Assembly (NCBI GenBank): GCA_030390025.1
Contig: JASTWF010000343.1
Span: 496,001 to 518,285, forward strand
Direction of reading: 5' to 3'
DNA length: 22,285 nt
From: Squalus acanthias
Lineage: Eukaryota
Position numbers and translations under genes: made by a program. The notes below the pieces were generated by a model. It saw only the letters and a list, made by a program, of their open reading frames with translations, was not told the origin of the DNA and ran no database searches. This document shows, piece by piece, positions 1 through 10,640 of the stretch. Position 1 is the first letter of the stretch, and each line of letters begins with the position of its first letter.

Positions 1-222
1 CCCTCACTGTAACACTCTGATATACCGCACACCCCTCACTGTAACACTGATATACCGCACACCCCTCACTGTAACACTGATATAGCCCACACCCCTCACT
101 GTAACACTGATATACCCCACACCACTCACTGGAGCACTGATATTCCACACACCCATCACTGTAACACTGATGTACCCCAAACCCCTCACTGTAACACTGA
201 TATACCCCACACCACTCACTGT
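1..222. repeat. Minisatellite, 30-bp unit (CCCTCACTGTAACACTGATATACCSCACAC), ~7 copies, running off the window start
   Basis: Units are directly visible. The 10-aa periodicity (YISVTVRGVG) of ORF 4..357 simply reflects the 30-bp unit. Confidence 0.95.
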
Positions 223-469
223 TGTCACTGCCACTTTAATCCCATGGGCTTCAATTTTGTTATTATGTGTTACTTTATCAATCACCTGTTGTGAGGAAAG
301 GGAAATTGGGAAACTATGTGTAGTATCAATCGTACAACCATAGAATTGGTGATCCACGTTGTGTTGACAATTTGTTTAGCTGAGCTTGAAGCTCCAATCT
401 GATCACAGCCTCGTCTGGTTGCCATCAATGAATTATAAAATCATTGATTTTAATCCTATTTTATTATTT

Positions 470-632
470 CTATGTATTTGTTCTCAGGAAATGTGTAACG
501 CTCTCAAGGCCAGTATCACTTGCCCATCTTGAGCCGCTGCAGTCCATGTGGTGAAGGTGCTCCCACAATATTGTTAGAAAAGGAATTTCAGGCTTTTGAC
601 CCAGTGACGATGAAGGAACGGCGATATATTTG
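470..632 (-). mobile_element. Decayed 3'-terminal fragment of a non-LTR retrotransposon (second LINE family, not the CR1 copies below)
   Basis: The minus strand reads like a LINE ORF2 C-terminus (YRRSFIVTGSK..NSF, resembling the SF...WNSLP motif). It continues into a degenerate tail (GATGGGCAAGTGATACTGGCC) like the SINE tail at 955-980. Family recalled from memory. Confidence 0.6.
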
Positions 633-639
633 AACGGTA

Positions 640-1010
640 AACCAGATTCCTGGACGAATAATCCAGACTTCAATTCCCACCAGATGGGGAATTTAAATTC
701 AATTAATTAAACAAATTTGGTAAAAAAGCTTGTGTCAGTAATGATAACCATGAAAGTACCGGATTGCCGTAAAAACCCATCAGGTTCACTACTGGCCTTT
801 AGGGAAGGAAATCTGCCGTCCTTACCCGATCTGACTGAAATGTGACTCCAGACGCACTGCAATGTGGTTGACTCTTAACTGGTCTCTGAAATGGCCCATC
901 AAGACACTCGCTTGTCTCAGGCGGATCACCACCACCTTCTCCTGGACAATTAGAGATGGGCAATAAATGCTGGCCTGGTCAGTGACTCACAATTCCCAAG
1001 AATGAATTAT
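640..1010 (+). mobile_element. Decayed SINE, possibly MetaSINE-type, with a LINE-derived tail
   Basis: Central block GTAAAAACCCATCAGGTTCACTACTGGCCTTTAGGGAAGGAAATCTGCCGTCCTTACC...GTGACTCCAGAC...CAATGTGGTTGACTCTTAAC and tail GATGGGCAATAAATGCTGGCC...GAATGAAT resemble a common shark SINE from memory. The tRNA head is eroded. Confidence 0.65.
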
Positions 1011-1155
1011 AAATATGATTTATTAAGTGTAAAAATGATTTAAAAGCGTCATAATGCTTTATTAATGGTCATAATGATTTATAAAGGTTATACAAGATCT
1101 GTAAAGTGGTGTAATGATTTTAAAGTATTATAAAGGGATATAATGGTTTATAAAG
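1008..1155. repeat. AT-rich degenerate tandem repeat of ~22-bp units with a TAATGATTT-like core
   Basis: Recurrent AATGATTT / TAATGCTTT / TAATGGTTT at a regular spacing. Confidence 0.55.
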
Positions 1156-1850
1156 TCCTGTTGCCAGGCGTTCTCCTCCCCGGGCTGGGTTGCTCGGGCC
1201 CCTGTGGGCCGGGCCGGGCTGCTCCGCCTCGCCGCCCGCTCTCACGGTAACCGTGTCTCCAGTTGCTGCCGCCCTCCTGATGCTCGCCTCCCGCCGCCAG
1301 GGAAAGGCCCCAAGTGAGAGCCGCCATCATTCTGCGGAGGCCCAGCGCCGCTATATATGTGCGGGCCCCCAGAGGCACCTTATTTGTGCAGGGCGCCGGA
1401 GCCCCATATTTGTGCTGGGCGTGAGGACCAGAGTCGCCATCTTGGTGCGGGGCCCCGGAGCCGCCATCTTTGAACAGGACTCCAGAGCCACAATCTTTAT
1501 TCGGGGACCCAGAGCTACCATCTTTGTGCGGGGTGCGGATGCCACCATCTTTGTACGGGGCCCCAGAGCCGCCATTTTTGTACGGGGCGCAGGACTCGCA
1601 ATCTTTGTGCGGTGCGCATGAGCCGCCATATTTGTGCGGTGCGCCGGAGCCGACATCTTTGTGCGGTGCCCCAGAGCAGCCATCTTTGTGTGGGGCGCTG
1701 TTGCCGCCATCTTTTTGTGGAGCTCCGTCGCCAACTATTTTGCGGCGCCCTAGAGCAGCCATCTTTGTGCTAGTCCCTAGAGCAGCCATCTTTGTGCTAG
1801 TCTCGAGAGCAGCCATCTTTGTGCTAGTCCCCAGGGCAGCCATCTTTGTC
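1155..1850. promoter_or_regulatory. CpG-island-like GC-rich segment (unique part 1155-1317 plus the 27-bp array)
   Basis: Abrupt switch from AT-rich to GC-rich sequence with many retained CpGs, unlike the CpG-depleted surroundings. Confidence 0.6.
1318..1850. repeat. 27-bp minisatellite, ~20 units (consensus ~GAGCCGCCATCTTTGTGCGGGGCCCCA), most units carrying a YY1-type CCATNTT core
   Basis: Cores visible at ~1436, 1463, 1517, 1544, 1571, 1625, 1679, 1706, 1758, 1785, 1812 and 1839, with degenerate versions between. The overlapping ORFs show 9-aa periodicity (MAALGTSTK). Confidence 0.92.
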
Positions 1851-1908
1851 GGTTCCCCACAATGTCAGACCCAGTGAACTCTCAACTCTCAGGCTGCAAA
1901 GTTTCCGC

Positions 1909-2816
1909 TTATTCTGAACCTTTAATGAATTTTACAATCCGAGTAAAGGGATATTTCCCCACATTCATCAACTGCTCTCTGAACTTAGTCTGGGTCACGG
2001 CGTAAATCCCAGTGTTTGTGCAGCAACTCAGCAGCTGCAGCATGAATCCCAGTTCCATTACATAATCAGGTAGAAATACAGAATCATACCCCAAAAACCA
2101 CAACCGGCCCCATATAGAATACACCATAAACACTGCCCATAACAGGATGAAATTGCCGGAGATAACAAGCAGTAAAATGATGGATTTCCTGCGGCTCTCC
2201 ATCTCTGGGTCTCTGGGACTCTCCCCACTGCTGGGACCCCGGAGTCTCCTGCGGGCTCTGCTGGCCACTAAAATGTGTCTGACGGTGACAGCATTGAGCA
2301 GCAGAATCACAATAAATGGGACGCCCGGGGTGAGAATATAATGAAGGAGCTCGATTGTTCCCCAGACCCGTGAATACTGAACATCCTCTGTGACATAACA
2401 AAACCAGGGGTTGTTCCGAAGCCAATACCGATCTGTGAACATAAAATACCAGGTGATGTCCTTTAAACCGCTCAGCACAGTCACTGTTCCCAGAAACACA
2501 GCCGCCGTTTTCTCGGTGCAATATTTAGTTTTCAGCTTCTGGCAACAAATGGCCACAAATCGATCAAAGGTGAAAGTGACGGTGAACCAGACAGAACAGT
2601 CTGTGGCTGCGAACAGCAGGACGGCGTGGATATTACACACGGGGATGGAATACAGGAAATAAAACTGTGCCCAATAAAGAATCGGAATGTGCCTCAATAT
2701 CAGGTCGAGGATAACGACCAGTAGATCCGCCGTTGCCATGGCCACCAGGTAACGAGTCACACATTTGGAGAGTCCGCACTTTCCCCGAGACAGGATCACA
2801 ATCGTCACCAAGTTAA
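1909..2816 (-). CDS. gpr139-like: Coding exon 2 (TM1 end to C-terminus) of a GPR139/GPR142-like class A orphan GPCR
   Basis: Uninterrupted ORF with NLVTIVILSRGKCGLSKC, TM2 YLVAMATADLL, TM3 SVWFTVTFTFDRFVAICC (DRF), ECL2 WFC, ICL3 DPEMESRRKSIILL and TM7 LLSCCTNTGIY. Pyrimidine-rich acceptor TTCCCTTCCTCACAG at 2817-2831 (minus), phase 1. The true ORF start is spliced, not the TTG at 2811. Confidence 0.92.
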
Positions 2817-3348
2817 CTGTGAGGAAGGGAAATAAACAGGGAAATTATTCATCAGGCTGGGAGCAAAAGCAGCAGTTTGAGGGAATTCGGGGAGAAATCT
2901 GCAACTCATTATCGACTTTCAATGATATAATATAATCCTATTACCTGTGGAGCTGAATACAGGGCTTATTGTAAGAATAATCGGGAATACATTGTGGAAT
3001 CAATAAATTAAATGGGAAGAAATACAACATGAAAGTAACAGATGTTTGATCAAGGTGATCGATCTATAATTTGCCCAGCAGAAAAAAGCACCACCCGAGG
3101 TACCAGGGACACAACGGACCAGAACCTTTCAGGAAGCCTTCGTGTCCCGGGATCAGTCAGTTTTTGGAGCGGTGCAGTTCGCTTCTGTCCCCCTGTGTTA
3201 GGGAGGGGGAAATCCCGCTTGGATTCCTACTCCTGGTTAGAAAATCCATCATATTTAGAACTGAAAATGAATGCAACAGCAAAATACAGAAACTGCAACC
3301 TTGGCATGCAATAATTACAGGCAATTGTATGTAAAATTTATGGATGTA

Positions 3349-5627
3349 ACATAGAGTCATAGAGTTATACAGCACAGAAAGAGGCCCTTCGGCCCATCAT
3401 GTCCGCGCCGGCCATCAAGTCCTGTCTATTCAAATCCCATTTTCCAGCACTTGGTATGTAGCCTTGTATTCCATGGCGTTTCAAGTGCTGATCTAAATGC
3501 TTCTTGAATGATGTGAGGATGCTGCCTCTACCACCCTTTCAGGCAATGAGTTCCAGATTCCAACCACCCTCTGGGTGAAAAAGTTTTTCCTCAAATCCCT
3601 TCTAAACCTCCTGTCCCTTACCTTGAAACTATGCCCCCTGGTTATTGACCCGTCTACTAAGTGGAAAAGTTCCTTTCTATCCACCCTATCGGTGCCCCTC
3701 ATAATTTTGTAAACCTCAATCAGGTCCCCCCTCAGCCTTCTCTGCTCTAAGGAAAACAACCCCAGCCTGTCCAGACTTTCTTCATAGCTGAAGCGCTCCA
3801 GCCCAGGTAACATCCTGGTGAATCACCTCTGCACCCTCTCCAATGCAATCACATCACTCCTATAGTGTGGTGACCAGAACTGCACACAGTATTTCAGCTG
3901 TGGCCTAACTAGCCTTTTGTACAGCTCCATCATAACCTCCCTGCTCTTATATTCTGTGCCTCGGCTAATGAAGGCTCGTATCCATTATGCCTTTTTAACT
4001 ACCTTATCTACCTGTCCTGCTGCCTTCAGGGATCTATGTACATGCACACCAAGGTCCCTCTGATGCTCTGTCCTTCCTCGGGTCCTACCATTCATTGTGT
4101 ATTCCCTTGCCTTGTTATTCCACCCAAATTGCATCACCTCACACTTTTCAGGGTTAAGTTCCATTTGCCACTGTTCTGCCCATCTAACCATCCCGTCTAT
4201 ATCGTCCTGTAGCCTGAGGCTTCCTTCCTCGCTATTTATCACTCTACCAATTTTCGGGTCATCGGCGAACTTACTGATCATACCTCCTACATCCATATCT
4301 AAATCATTAATGTACAATACAAACAGCAAAGGACCCAGCACCGATCCCTGCGGTACACCACTGGACACAAGCTTCGAGTCACAAAAACAACCTTCGACCA
4401 TCACCCTCTGCCTCCTGCCACTTCGCCAATTTTTGATCCAATGTGCCAAATTGCCCTGGATCCCATACGCTCTTAGCTTCTTGACCTGCCACCCACGTGG
4501 GACTTTGTCAAAAGCCTTAATGAAGTCCATGTGGACTACTTCAACTGCACTACCCTTATCCACACACCTAGTCACCCCCTCGAAAAATTCAATCAAATTG
4601 GTCAGACATGATCTCACTCTGACAAAGCCAGGCTGACTATCCCTGATTAATCCCTGCCTCTTCAAGTGGAGTCTAATTCTATCCCTCAGAATTTTTTCCA
4701 ATAATTTCCCTGCTACTGATGTTGGGCTCACTGACCTGTAATTCCCTGGTTTAACCCTACTACCCTTCTTGAACAATGGTACTACGTTATCTGTTATCCA
4801 GTCCTCTGGCAACTCCTCTGTGACCAGAGAGGTTCTGAAAATTTGTGTCAGAGCCCCTGCAATCTCCTGCCTTGCCTCACACAGGAGCCTGGGATACATC
4901 CCTTCAGGGCCTGGGGATTTATCCACTTTTAAGCCCGCTAAAACCGCTAGTACCTCCTCCCTCTCAATACTAATTTGTTCAAGTATATCACAATCCCCCT
5001 GCCTGATTTCTATGCCTATATCGTCCTTCTCCATATTGAACACAGATGCAGAATATTCATTTAAGACCTCACCTACATCTTCAGGCTCTACACACAGATT
5101 GCCACTTTTGTCCTGAATGCACCCTACTCTTTCCCTGGTTATCCTCTTGCCCTTAATATACTTATAAAACAGCTTGGGATTTTCCTTTACTTTGCCCACC
5201 AGTGTTTTTTCATGCATCCTCTTCACACTCCTTATTTCTTTTTTAATTACCCCCCTGCACTTTCTATACTACTCTGGGGCTTCCACTGTTTTTAATCCTT
5301 TGTATCTGCCAAAAGCCTCCATTTTTCATATACATTCTTGTATATCCCTTGACATCCAGGGTTCCCTGGGGTTGTTGGTCCCACCCTTGACCTTAACGGG
5401 AACACGTTGGCGTTGTACTCTCGCTATTTCCTTTCTGAAAGACTCCCACTGCTCTGATGTGGATTTTCCTACAAGTAGCTGATCCCAGTCCACTTTGGCC
5501 TGATCCTGCCTTATCATATTAAACTCGGCCTTACCCCAAATTTAGAACCTTTATTTCCGGTCCATCTTTGTCCTTTTCCATGACTATCTTATATCTCATC
5601 GAGTTATGGTCACTGTCACCAATATGC
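3349..5627 (-). mobile_element. 5'-truncated CR1 LINE (end of endonuclease, RT and 3'UTR) inside the GPCR intron
   Basis: RT motifs KSPGPEG, GNYRSVS, DFIKAFDKVP, GVPQGSVLGPLLF, SKFADD and FFTQRVVGIWNSLP. The 3' end is an 8-bp (ACTCTATG)2 tail at ~3350-3365 preceded by a GGCC hairpin. Stops and frameshifts show it is inactive. Confidence 0.95.
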
Positions 5628-6384
5628 AAGTGCTAAGATAATAAATACAAGTGCACTGCAGTTATAAAGATAACTGGGCTTTCAGATGTGTTTGGAAAAT
5701 TGAACTTTTACATATTTGTTGAAATATACAAATTGTAGCTCATTGAAATGAAGATGTTCCAAATAACAGTAATAATAATGGACTCTGAATTAAAATAGTG
5801 ATGATTGACCAGGTAATGTCCCACTCAATGCATTTACCAGTAGCGAAATCAGACGACTTATCCCACAGTCAAAGTGCCGCTGAATGCTTTTGTAATGTCT
5901 CTGAACGGAAATGGAAGATTTATCCTTGTACTTTTTGCCCTGTTGTTTTCCAACTTGTGCACAGAATATTAGACGAGAAGAAATCAAAGGATTCTTATCG
6001 TCACTAATTCAGTTAGAATCAGCTGGGATTGTTTGTCCTGAAGTACAGCAGGAGGCAATAGAGAATCACTCTGGGTCTCACTGACAGATCCACTGAACTG
6101 TGACAGACTGGCTTGGTAGCCAATTGTGAATTCAAAACAATGATTGGAAATAAATGTATTGAAATCTTGCTGAATGAACATTTTGTGAGAATGTAAATTA
6201 TCCTTGTAATCCTACTTTAACCTTCAGAAGCAGCGCCACTAATGCAGAACTGGAGAGGGTGGGAAAGGAGACACTGACTGAAACTGAATGATTAGCAGAT
6301 ATTTCAGGCATTTAAAGATGTGGATGTGATCTGCCAGGATTTGTTCCTGTGACTCTGTAAATAACCATACCAAGCGTAAGGTGA

Positions 6385-6510
6385 AAACTGTGAATAGTGG
6401 AAATCTGAAATGAGAACAGAAAATGGTGGAAATAGACAGCGATTCAGGCAGCATCTGTGGTGAGAGAGAGAAACAGAGTAAACGTTTCAGGTTGATGATC
6501 TTTCGCCATT
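6385..6510. mobile_element. Decayed fragment of a Penelope-like terminal repeat
   Basis: Similar to 15035-15135 in this window (TGGAAATCTGAAA...ACAGAAAATGGTGGAAAT...CAGGCAGCATCTGTGG...AGAAACAGAGTAAACGTTTCAGG). Confidence 0.65.
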
Positions 6511-7174
6511 AGGTGAAAAGTCTCCTAAACCAAGACAACATTCTTCTGACCTGATACTAATGTTCAGTGTCGATAGCAGACTGAAATTCGTTAAATAAAG
6601 AGTCACCTCCAATAAATTTGCTCGAGTTGAATACAGGATATTTGAATCTTGGTGACACGATATCACCTTCAGAATCAATAGCTGACAGCAGCGCGGATGG
6701 GATGGGGAACGACAAAGAGAGAAACACAGTTAAACATGTGCGGAAAAGTCGGTTGGTTAGCGCCTCCCCTGAGCGCCTTCGACTATTTTAGTGCCGCTCA
6801 CGAAATTGACCAGTCGTTTTACGCAGGCGCTTAACACTACAGCCACGATCTCCTGCGCCCACAGATTGTGACGTCATGCGAGCGTGTAGCGCCCCAGATT
6901 GGATATTGAGTCGCGCCCCCTGCCTTAGTGCCTGCCGCTAGGAAAGACACGTAGAGGCAAAAGTTTTCAAGTCAGGAAGTGGCTGGCGGAGCAATATTTA
7001 CAGGCGGCCGCTTCCAGCCTTTTCGTGTCGGTGACATTTTTGGTACATGGAGGTTGAGAGGGAGAAAGACGTCTGGAGAGATTCAACGCTGACCGAAGAA
7101 GTTTGATGCCCTGAACACCGCTTTTGAGGTTAATATTTATTTCACCTTCATAGTTAACATATTTAGAAACTTGT

Positions 7175-8346
7175 ATTTGGGCTGCACTAACTTGGGGCGT
7201 CGTCGTCCAGCTTCACTTTCGGAGGCAGCAGAGGCGCAGAGAGAGAAAGTGGCAAACGTAGCCAGAGGGAGCAGAGTCAACAGGCCTCTGCACTGGAGAC
7301 CATCCCCTCCCAGCGTATTCCGGGAGTAATTCTCCTCTTATATCCATTTGTCTGAGGAGCAGTGTTTCCAATTGCTGCACTTCAGCAAGGAGGTGGTCAC
7401 TGAGCTCTGCCACCTCCTACAACCATAACTGCAGACTTAGCTCAGGACCAGGGCCTCTCTGTCGGTGGCATTGAAGGTGACCGTGGCTCTGAATTTCTAA
7501 GTCAGCGGTTTCTTTCAGGCTTCTACTGGGGACACAGCGAATATCTCCCAGTTCGCTCATCATTGTTGCATCGGGGAGGTGACAAAGGCTTTGTATAAGA
7601 TGCGACGCCAATACATCTCTCCCCATGACCCGAGACAAACAGCTTGAACGCGCATGTGGCTTTGTGAGGATATTGGGCTTCCCCATGGTTCAGGGTGCCA
7701 TTGAGTGCACGCATGTGGCATTGTGGGCACCGCATGAGAATGCAGAGGTGTTCCGAAACCACAAGGGCTTCCACACTCCGAATGTCCAGTTGTTGTGTGA
7801 CCACAGACAGCTCATACTCACCGTCAATGCCCGCTATCCTGGCAGCAGCCACGATGCTTTTATCGTGCATCAGACCGGTGTTGCAGATCTTTTCCAAACA
7901 CCCTGTCAACCTAGTGGATGGCTCCTTGTGGACAATGGTTATCCACTCTGCACCTCGCTGATGACACCGCTCCGTAACCCTAACACCCCTGCCAATCTGC
8001 TATACAATGAGAGCCATAGCACCACCAGGAACATCATAGAGCAGATGTCGGCGTCTTGAAACAACGATTCCGGTGTCTGGAACTCTCAGGAGGAGCCCTG
8101 CAGTACTCTCCCGAGCGACATTCCCTCTTCATTGTTGTGTGCTGCATGCTTCATAACATTGCAATCATGAGGACCCAACCATTGCCACCAGGGATTGTTG
8201 CACCACCTGAGGCGGAGGTGGAAGAGGGAGAGGAGCAGGAGGTGGAGAATGAAGAGGAGGATCAGCAGCACCAACGTGGGAGGGAGGCGCACAATGTTGC
8301 CACTGCTAGGGCCGTCCGTGAATGGTTAATAAGACACCGATTCTAA
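7175..8346 (+). pseudogene. harbi1-like: HARBI1-like DDE transposase pseudogene
   Basis: Translates LSEEQCFQLLHFSKEVVTELCHLLQP*LQT*..VALKVTVALNF*VSGFFQ, then GFPMVQGAIECTHV (first catalytic D to E), RNHKGFH..NVQ, ARYPGSSHDAF, LLVDNGYP, HSTTRNIIEQ and LKQRFRCL. At least three stops and frameshifts near 7620 and 8055. Confidence 0.92.
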
Positions 8347-8639
8347 CCCCTTATTGAGAAGATGGTTTCTGGGATGAAGAAGCACATCATTGAAAGCATC
8401 CCGCACCCCCTATTGCCGGGCAAAGATGCAATGAGTCAAATCAGGAAAAATGTAAATAACAATAAAAAAATATTTATGTTACAAACTCTGTCATTTATTC
8501 AGGACGAACAATTAGAAACAAACCCAACAATTCAGGAACTAACAAAACTCGTTCTCATAACATGGAGATAAACGGCAAAACAGTAAACAAATATAATAAC
8601 AACCACCTCGAACTTTCCCACAAACATTCCCCCGATTTA

Positions 8640-10606
8640 TTTACAGGTTGCACTGATGGGCCTTCGAGGGTGATCTCCATCCCCTGCGCACTTCCCCCAT
8701 TCCCACCCTACTGCTCCTCCTAATGTGGCCTCATGGCTGCAGCAAACTGGTGGAAAGCTGCTGAATGTCAGATCCAGAGATTACCTTGAAGGACGCCCTC
8801 GAATAGCACTGGGCCTGGAGGGCCCGGCTGCAAACTGCAACAACTCTGCACGGGCGCCAGCAGTCTGGGCTGGCTGTGTTGCAGGCCGTGCCAAGTGCAA
8901 TGGGGAAGTGACAGTGGTGGGAGCAGGAATGCTGTCAAACTGAGAGAGGACAGCACCTTCCTGCTCGACCGACACACTGCCACTCCCCCGGGGCTGAACC
9001 TCAGCATCGGGATCAATCTTCTCGAGCACAGATTGCTGGCCGAATGTGACATCCCGAGGGACTGTGGGTGACCCAGCGAGGATGGCAGCAGTCAGTGCTT
9101 GCGTGACATCAATCTGAGACTGCATCAGAGCAACAGCCAATTACTCAATTGCAGCACTAAGTCATTGTGTTGCGTCGGCCGGTGTTGCAATGGATCGTGC
9201 CACCTCACCCATTATACGCGGCTCTGGTTCACCACGGTCTCCCTGCAATTCAACCATCCTCTGCAACGAGGCAAGGATGAGTTCAAGGGTTTGCGCACAG
9301 ATGACAGCTGTACTAGCGGCGGACTCCTCCACGCTCCTAGCCTGTCCGTCCATGCTGTTGGGCACCCTTGCCATTGCACCCATCAGCTCAGTGTGCATGC
9401 TCAAGGCCTGTGTATTGATGGCCGCGATATCAAGGTCCTCAAGCAGAACTCGCGCTCCTACTCACCCTCCGGGGAGCTGGCTCCTGAGCTGCCCTACCCC
9501 CATGGCATTTCGGCAGCCCGCTGGGTCCAGGAGCTTCGCCCTCTTCAGACCCCAACACCCTGCTCCCCTCCAGGGAAGGCGTGGCCCCAGTGTCTGATGT
9601 GTCACCCCCGGGAGACGCAGGCGGTGAGGCTCCGGCTTCCTCTTCATCCTCGTCTGGGGCGTCGCTGCCACTGGCAGGCTGAGGGACAGGCTGGTCAGCT
9701 GGTGGTTCACTATCTGAAACCAGGTAGGTACAAGAGTGGCTTGAGCGTGAGGGCAGGGGGGCAGGAAGGGAGCAAGGACTGGAGTCAGTTAGTTGGATTG
9801 AAAGTGTAAAAGGCTGGTGTTGTGAGGGGGAAGTGGTGTGAGAGAGGACAGAAAGCTGATGAACATACCATTGCTGTCCCCAAGGAGGTCGACATCTCCA
9901 GAGGCCACAACACCTATGACCTGGCTGGGAACGATCCCGTGCAATCTGTCCTCCAACTCAGTCAGGGGATGTAGGTCCGCCGGTCCTCCTCCCGTGCATT
10001 GCTGTTCCCGCCTGTTATGAGAGAGGTTGCACTGCAAGAAAAAGGACAGCGTCTGTGTGAGTGTGCAGGCATGTGTTGGGCAGATGTGCCTACTATAGTT
10101 GAATAGCCGTTATTGTGTGCAGGCATGTGTGTGGCAGATGTGCCTACCATAGTTGAATAGCCATTATTTTGTGCAGGCATGTGTTTGGCAGATATGCCTA
10201 ACATAGTTGAATAGACGTTAATTTGTGCAAGGTGTGGGATGCGCATGTGTGTTTTATGAGATGGCCATAGGTCTTGGATGAGTGTTGAGAATTTGGGTTT
10301 GTAAATCCTCTGGGCACAGAGTGAAGTTCAGATGGAGGGATGTAGAAGTATTGAAAAGCAGGTAATCACCCTGACCATCCGAGTGAGGTCGTTGAACTTC
10401 TTCCGACATTGGGAGTGAGTCCTCGGCATCAGGCTCCTCGTGGAGCCGTGCTGAGCCACCTCCCTCCACACCCCTCTCAACTCCCGGGTCAATGGCCTCC
10501 TGCAACTCTCAGGGTGCAACACTGCCCGTCGCCGTTCAACAGCGCCAACCAGAGCCTCCAATGCCTCGTCACTGAAGTGCCTAGCTCTTTCTCTGGGCCT
10601 CTCCAT
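8640..10606 (-). pseudogene. Harbinger Myb/SANT-like (NAIF1/MSANTD-type) DNA-binding gene, three exons: ~10371-10606, 9869-10031 and ~8640-9713
   Basis: Exon 1 RARHFSDEALEALV..W.EVA....RTHSQCRKKFNDL with donor AGG|GTGATT. Exon 2 after CTTGCAG| reads CNLSHNRREQQCTGGGP with donor G|GTATGT. Exon 3 after TTTCAG| reads DSEPPADQ..DEDEEEAG and contains in-frame stops (e.g. ~9440, 9162). Confidence 0.85.
10063..10230. repeat. 54-bp tandem repeat, ~3 copies, in intron 1 of the Harbinger Myb gene
   Basis: Unit GTGCAGGCATGTGTTGGGCAGATGTGCCTACTATAGTTGAATAGCCGTTATTGT is seen three times. Confidence 0.9.
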
Positions 10607-10640
10607 TACATAGAATTCATAACTGGAGATAGATCCTTAC

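Larger units (their letters stand above)
6738..10607. mobile_element. Decayed PIF/Harbinger DNA transposon with convergent transposase (+) and Myb/SANT gene (-); right end apparently deleted
   Basis: Two-gene architecture diagnostic of Harbinger. The CpG-rich left subterminal region (6738-7030) has TGACGTCA at 6869-6876. Facing polyA signals lie between the genes (AATAAA + at 8461; - at 8494-8499 and 8636-8641). Termini are approximate and no TIR pair was confirmed. Confidence 0.85.

Noticed and set aside
4..357. 117-aa ORF with YISVTVRGVG repeats
   Set aside because: Translation of the 30-bp minisatellite.
1318..1850. CRISPR-like look of a conserved core with variable spacers
   Set aside because: The 'spacers' are mutually homologous parts of a 27-bp unit, the context is eukaryotic, and there are no cas genes.
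1148..1877. Four overlapping ORFs of 127-231 aa
   Set aside because: By-products of a GC-rich 27-bp repeat that stays open in several frames on both strands; no recognisable domain.
2945..3030. Possible nearby first exon for the GPCR (ATG at 3030, donor CAG|GTAATA at 2944)
   Set aside because: Phase 2 is incompatible with the phase-1 acceptor and there is no TM1 similarity; 10641-10731 fits much better.
5630..6380. Short ORFs in AT-rich intron sequence
   Set aside because: No motifs or splice support; appears to be ordinary intron.
7175..8346. Functional host HARBI1 gene
   Set aside because: Multiple stops and frameshifts, an altered catalytic Asp, and a paired Myb gene indicate a dead transposon copy.
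9099..9809. 236-aa plus-strand ORF, and similar antisense ORFs over the CR1 RT regions (e.g. 4097-4636, 12306-12968)
   Set aside because: Antisense shadows of transposon coding sequence with no independent support.
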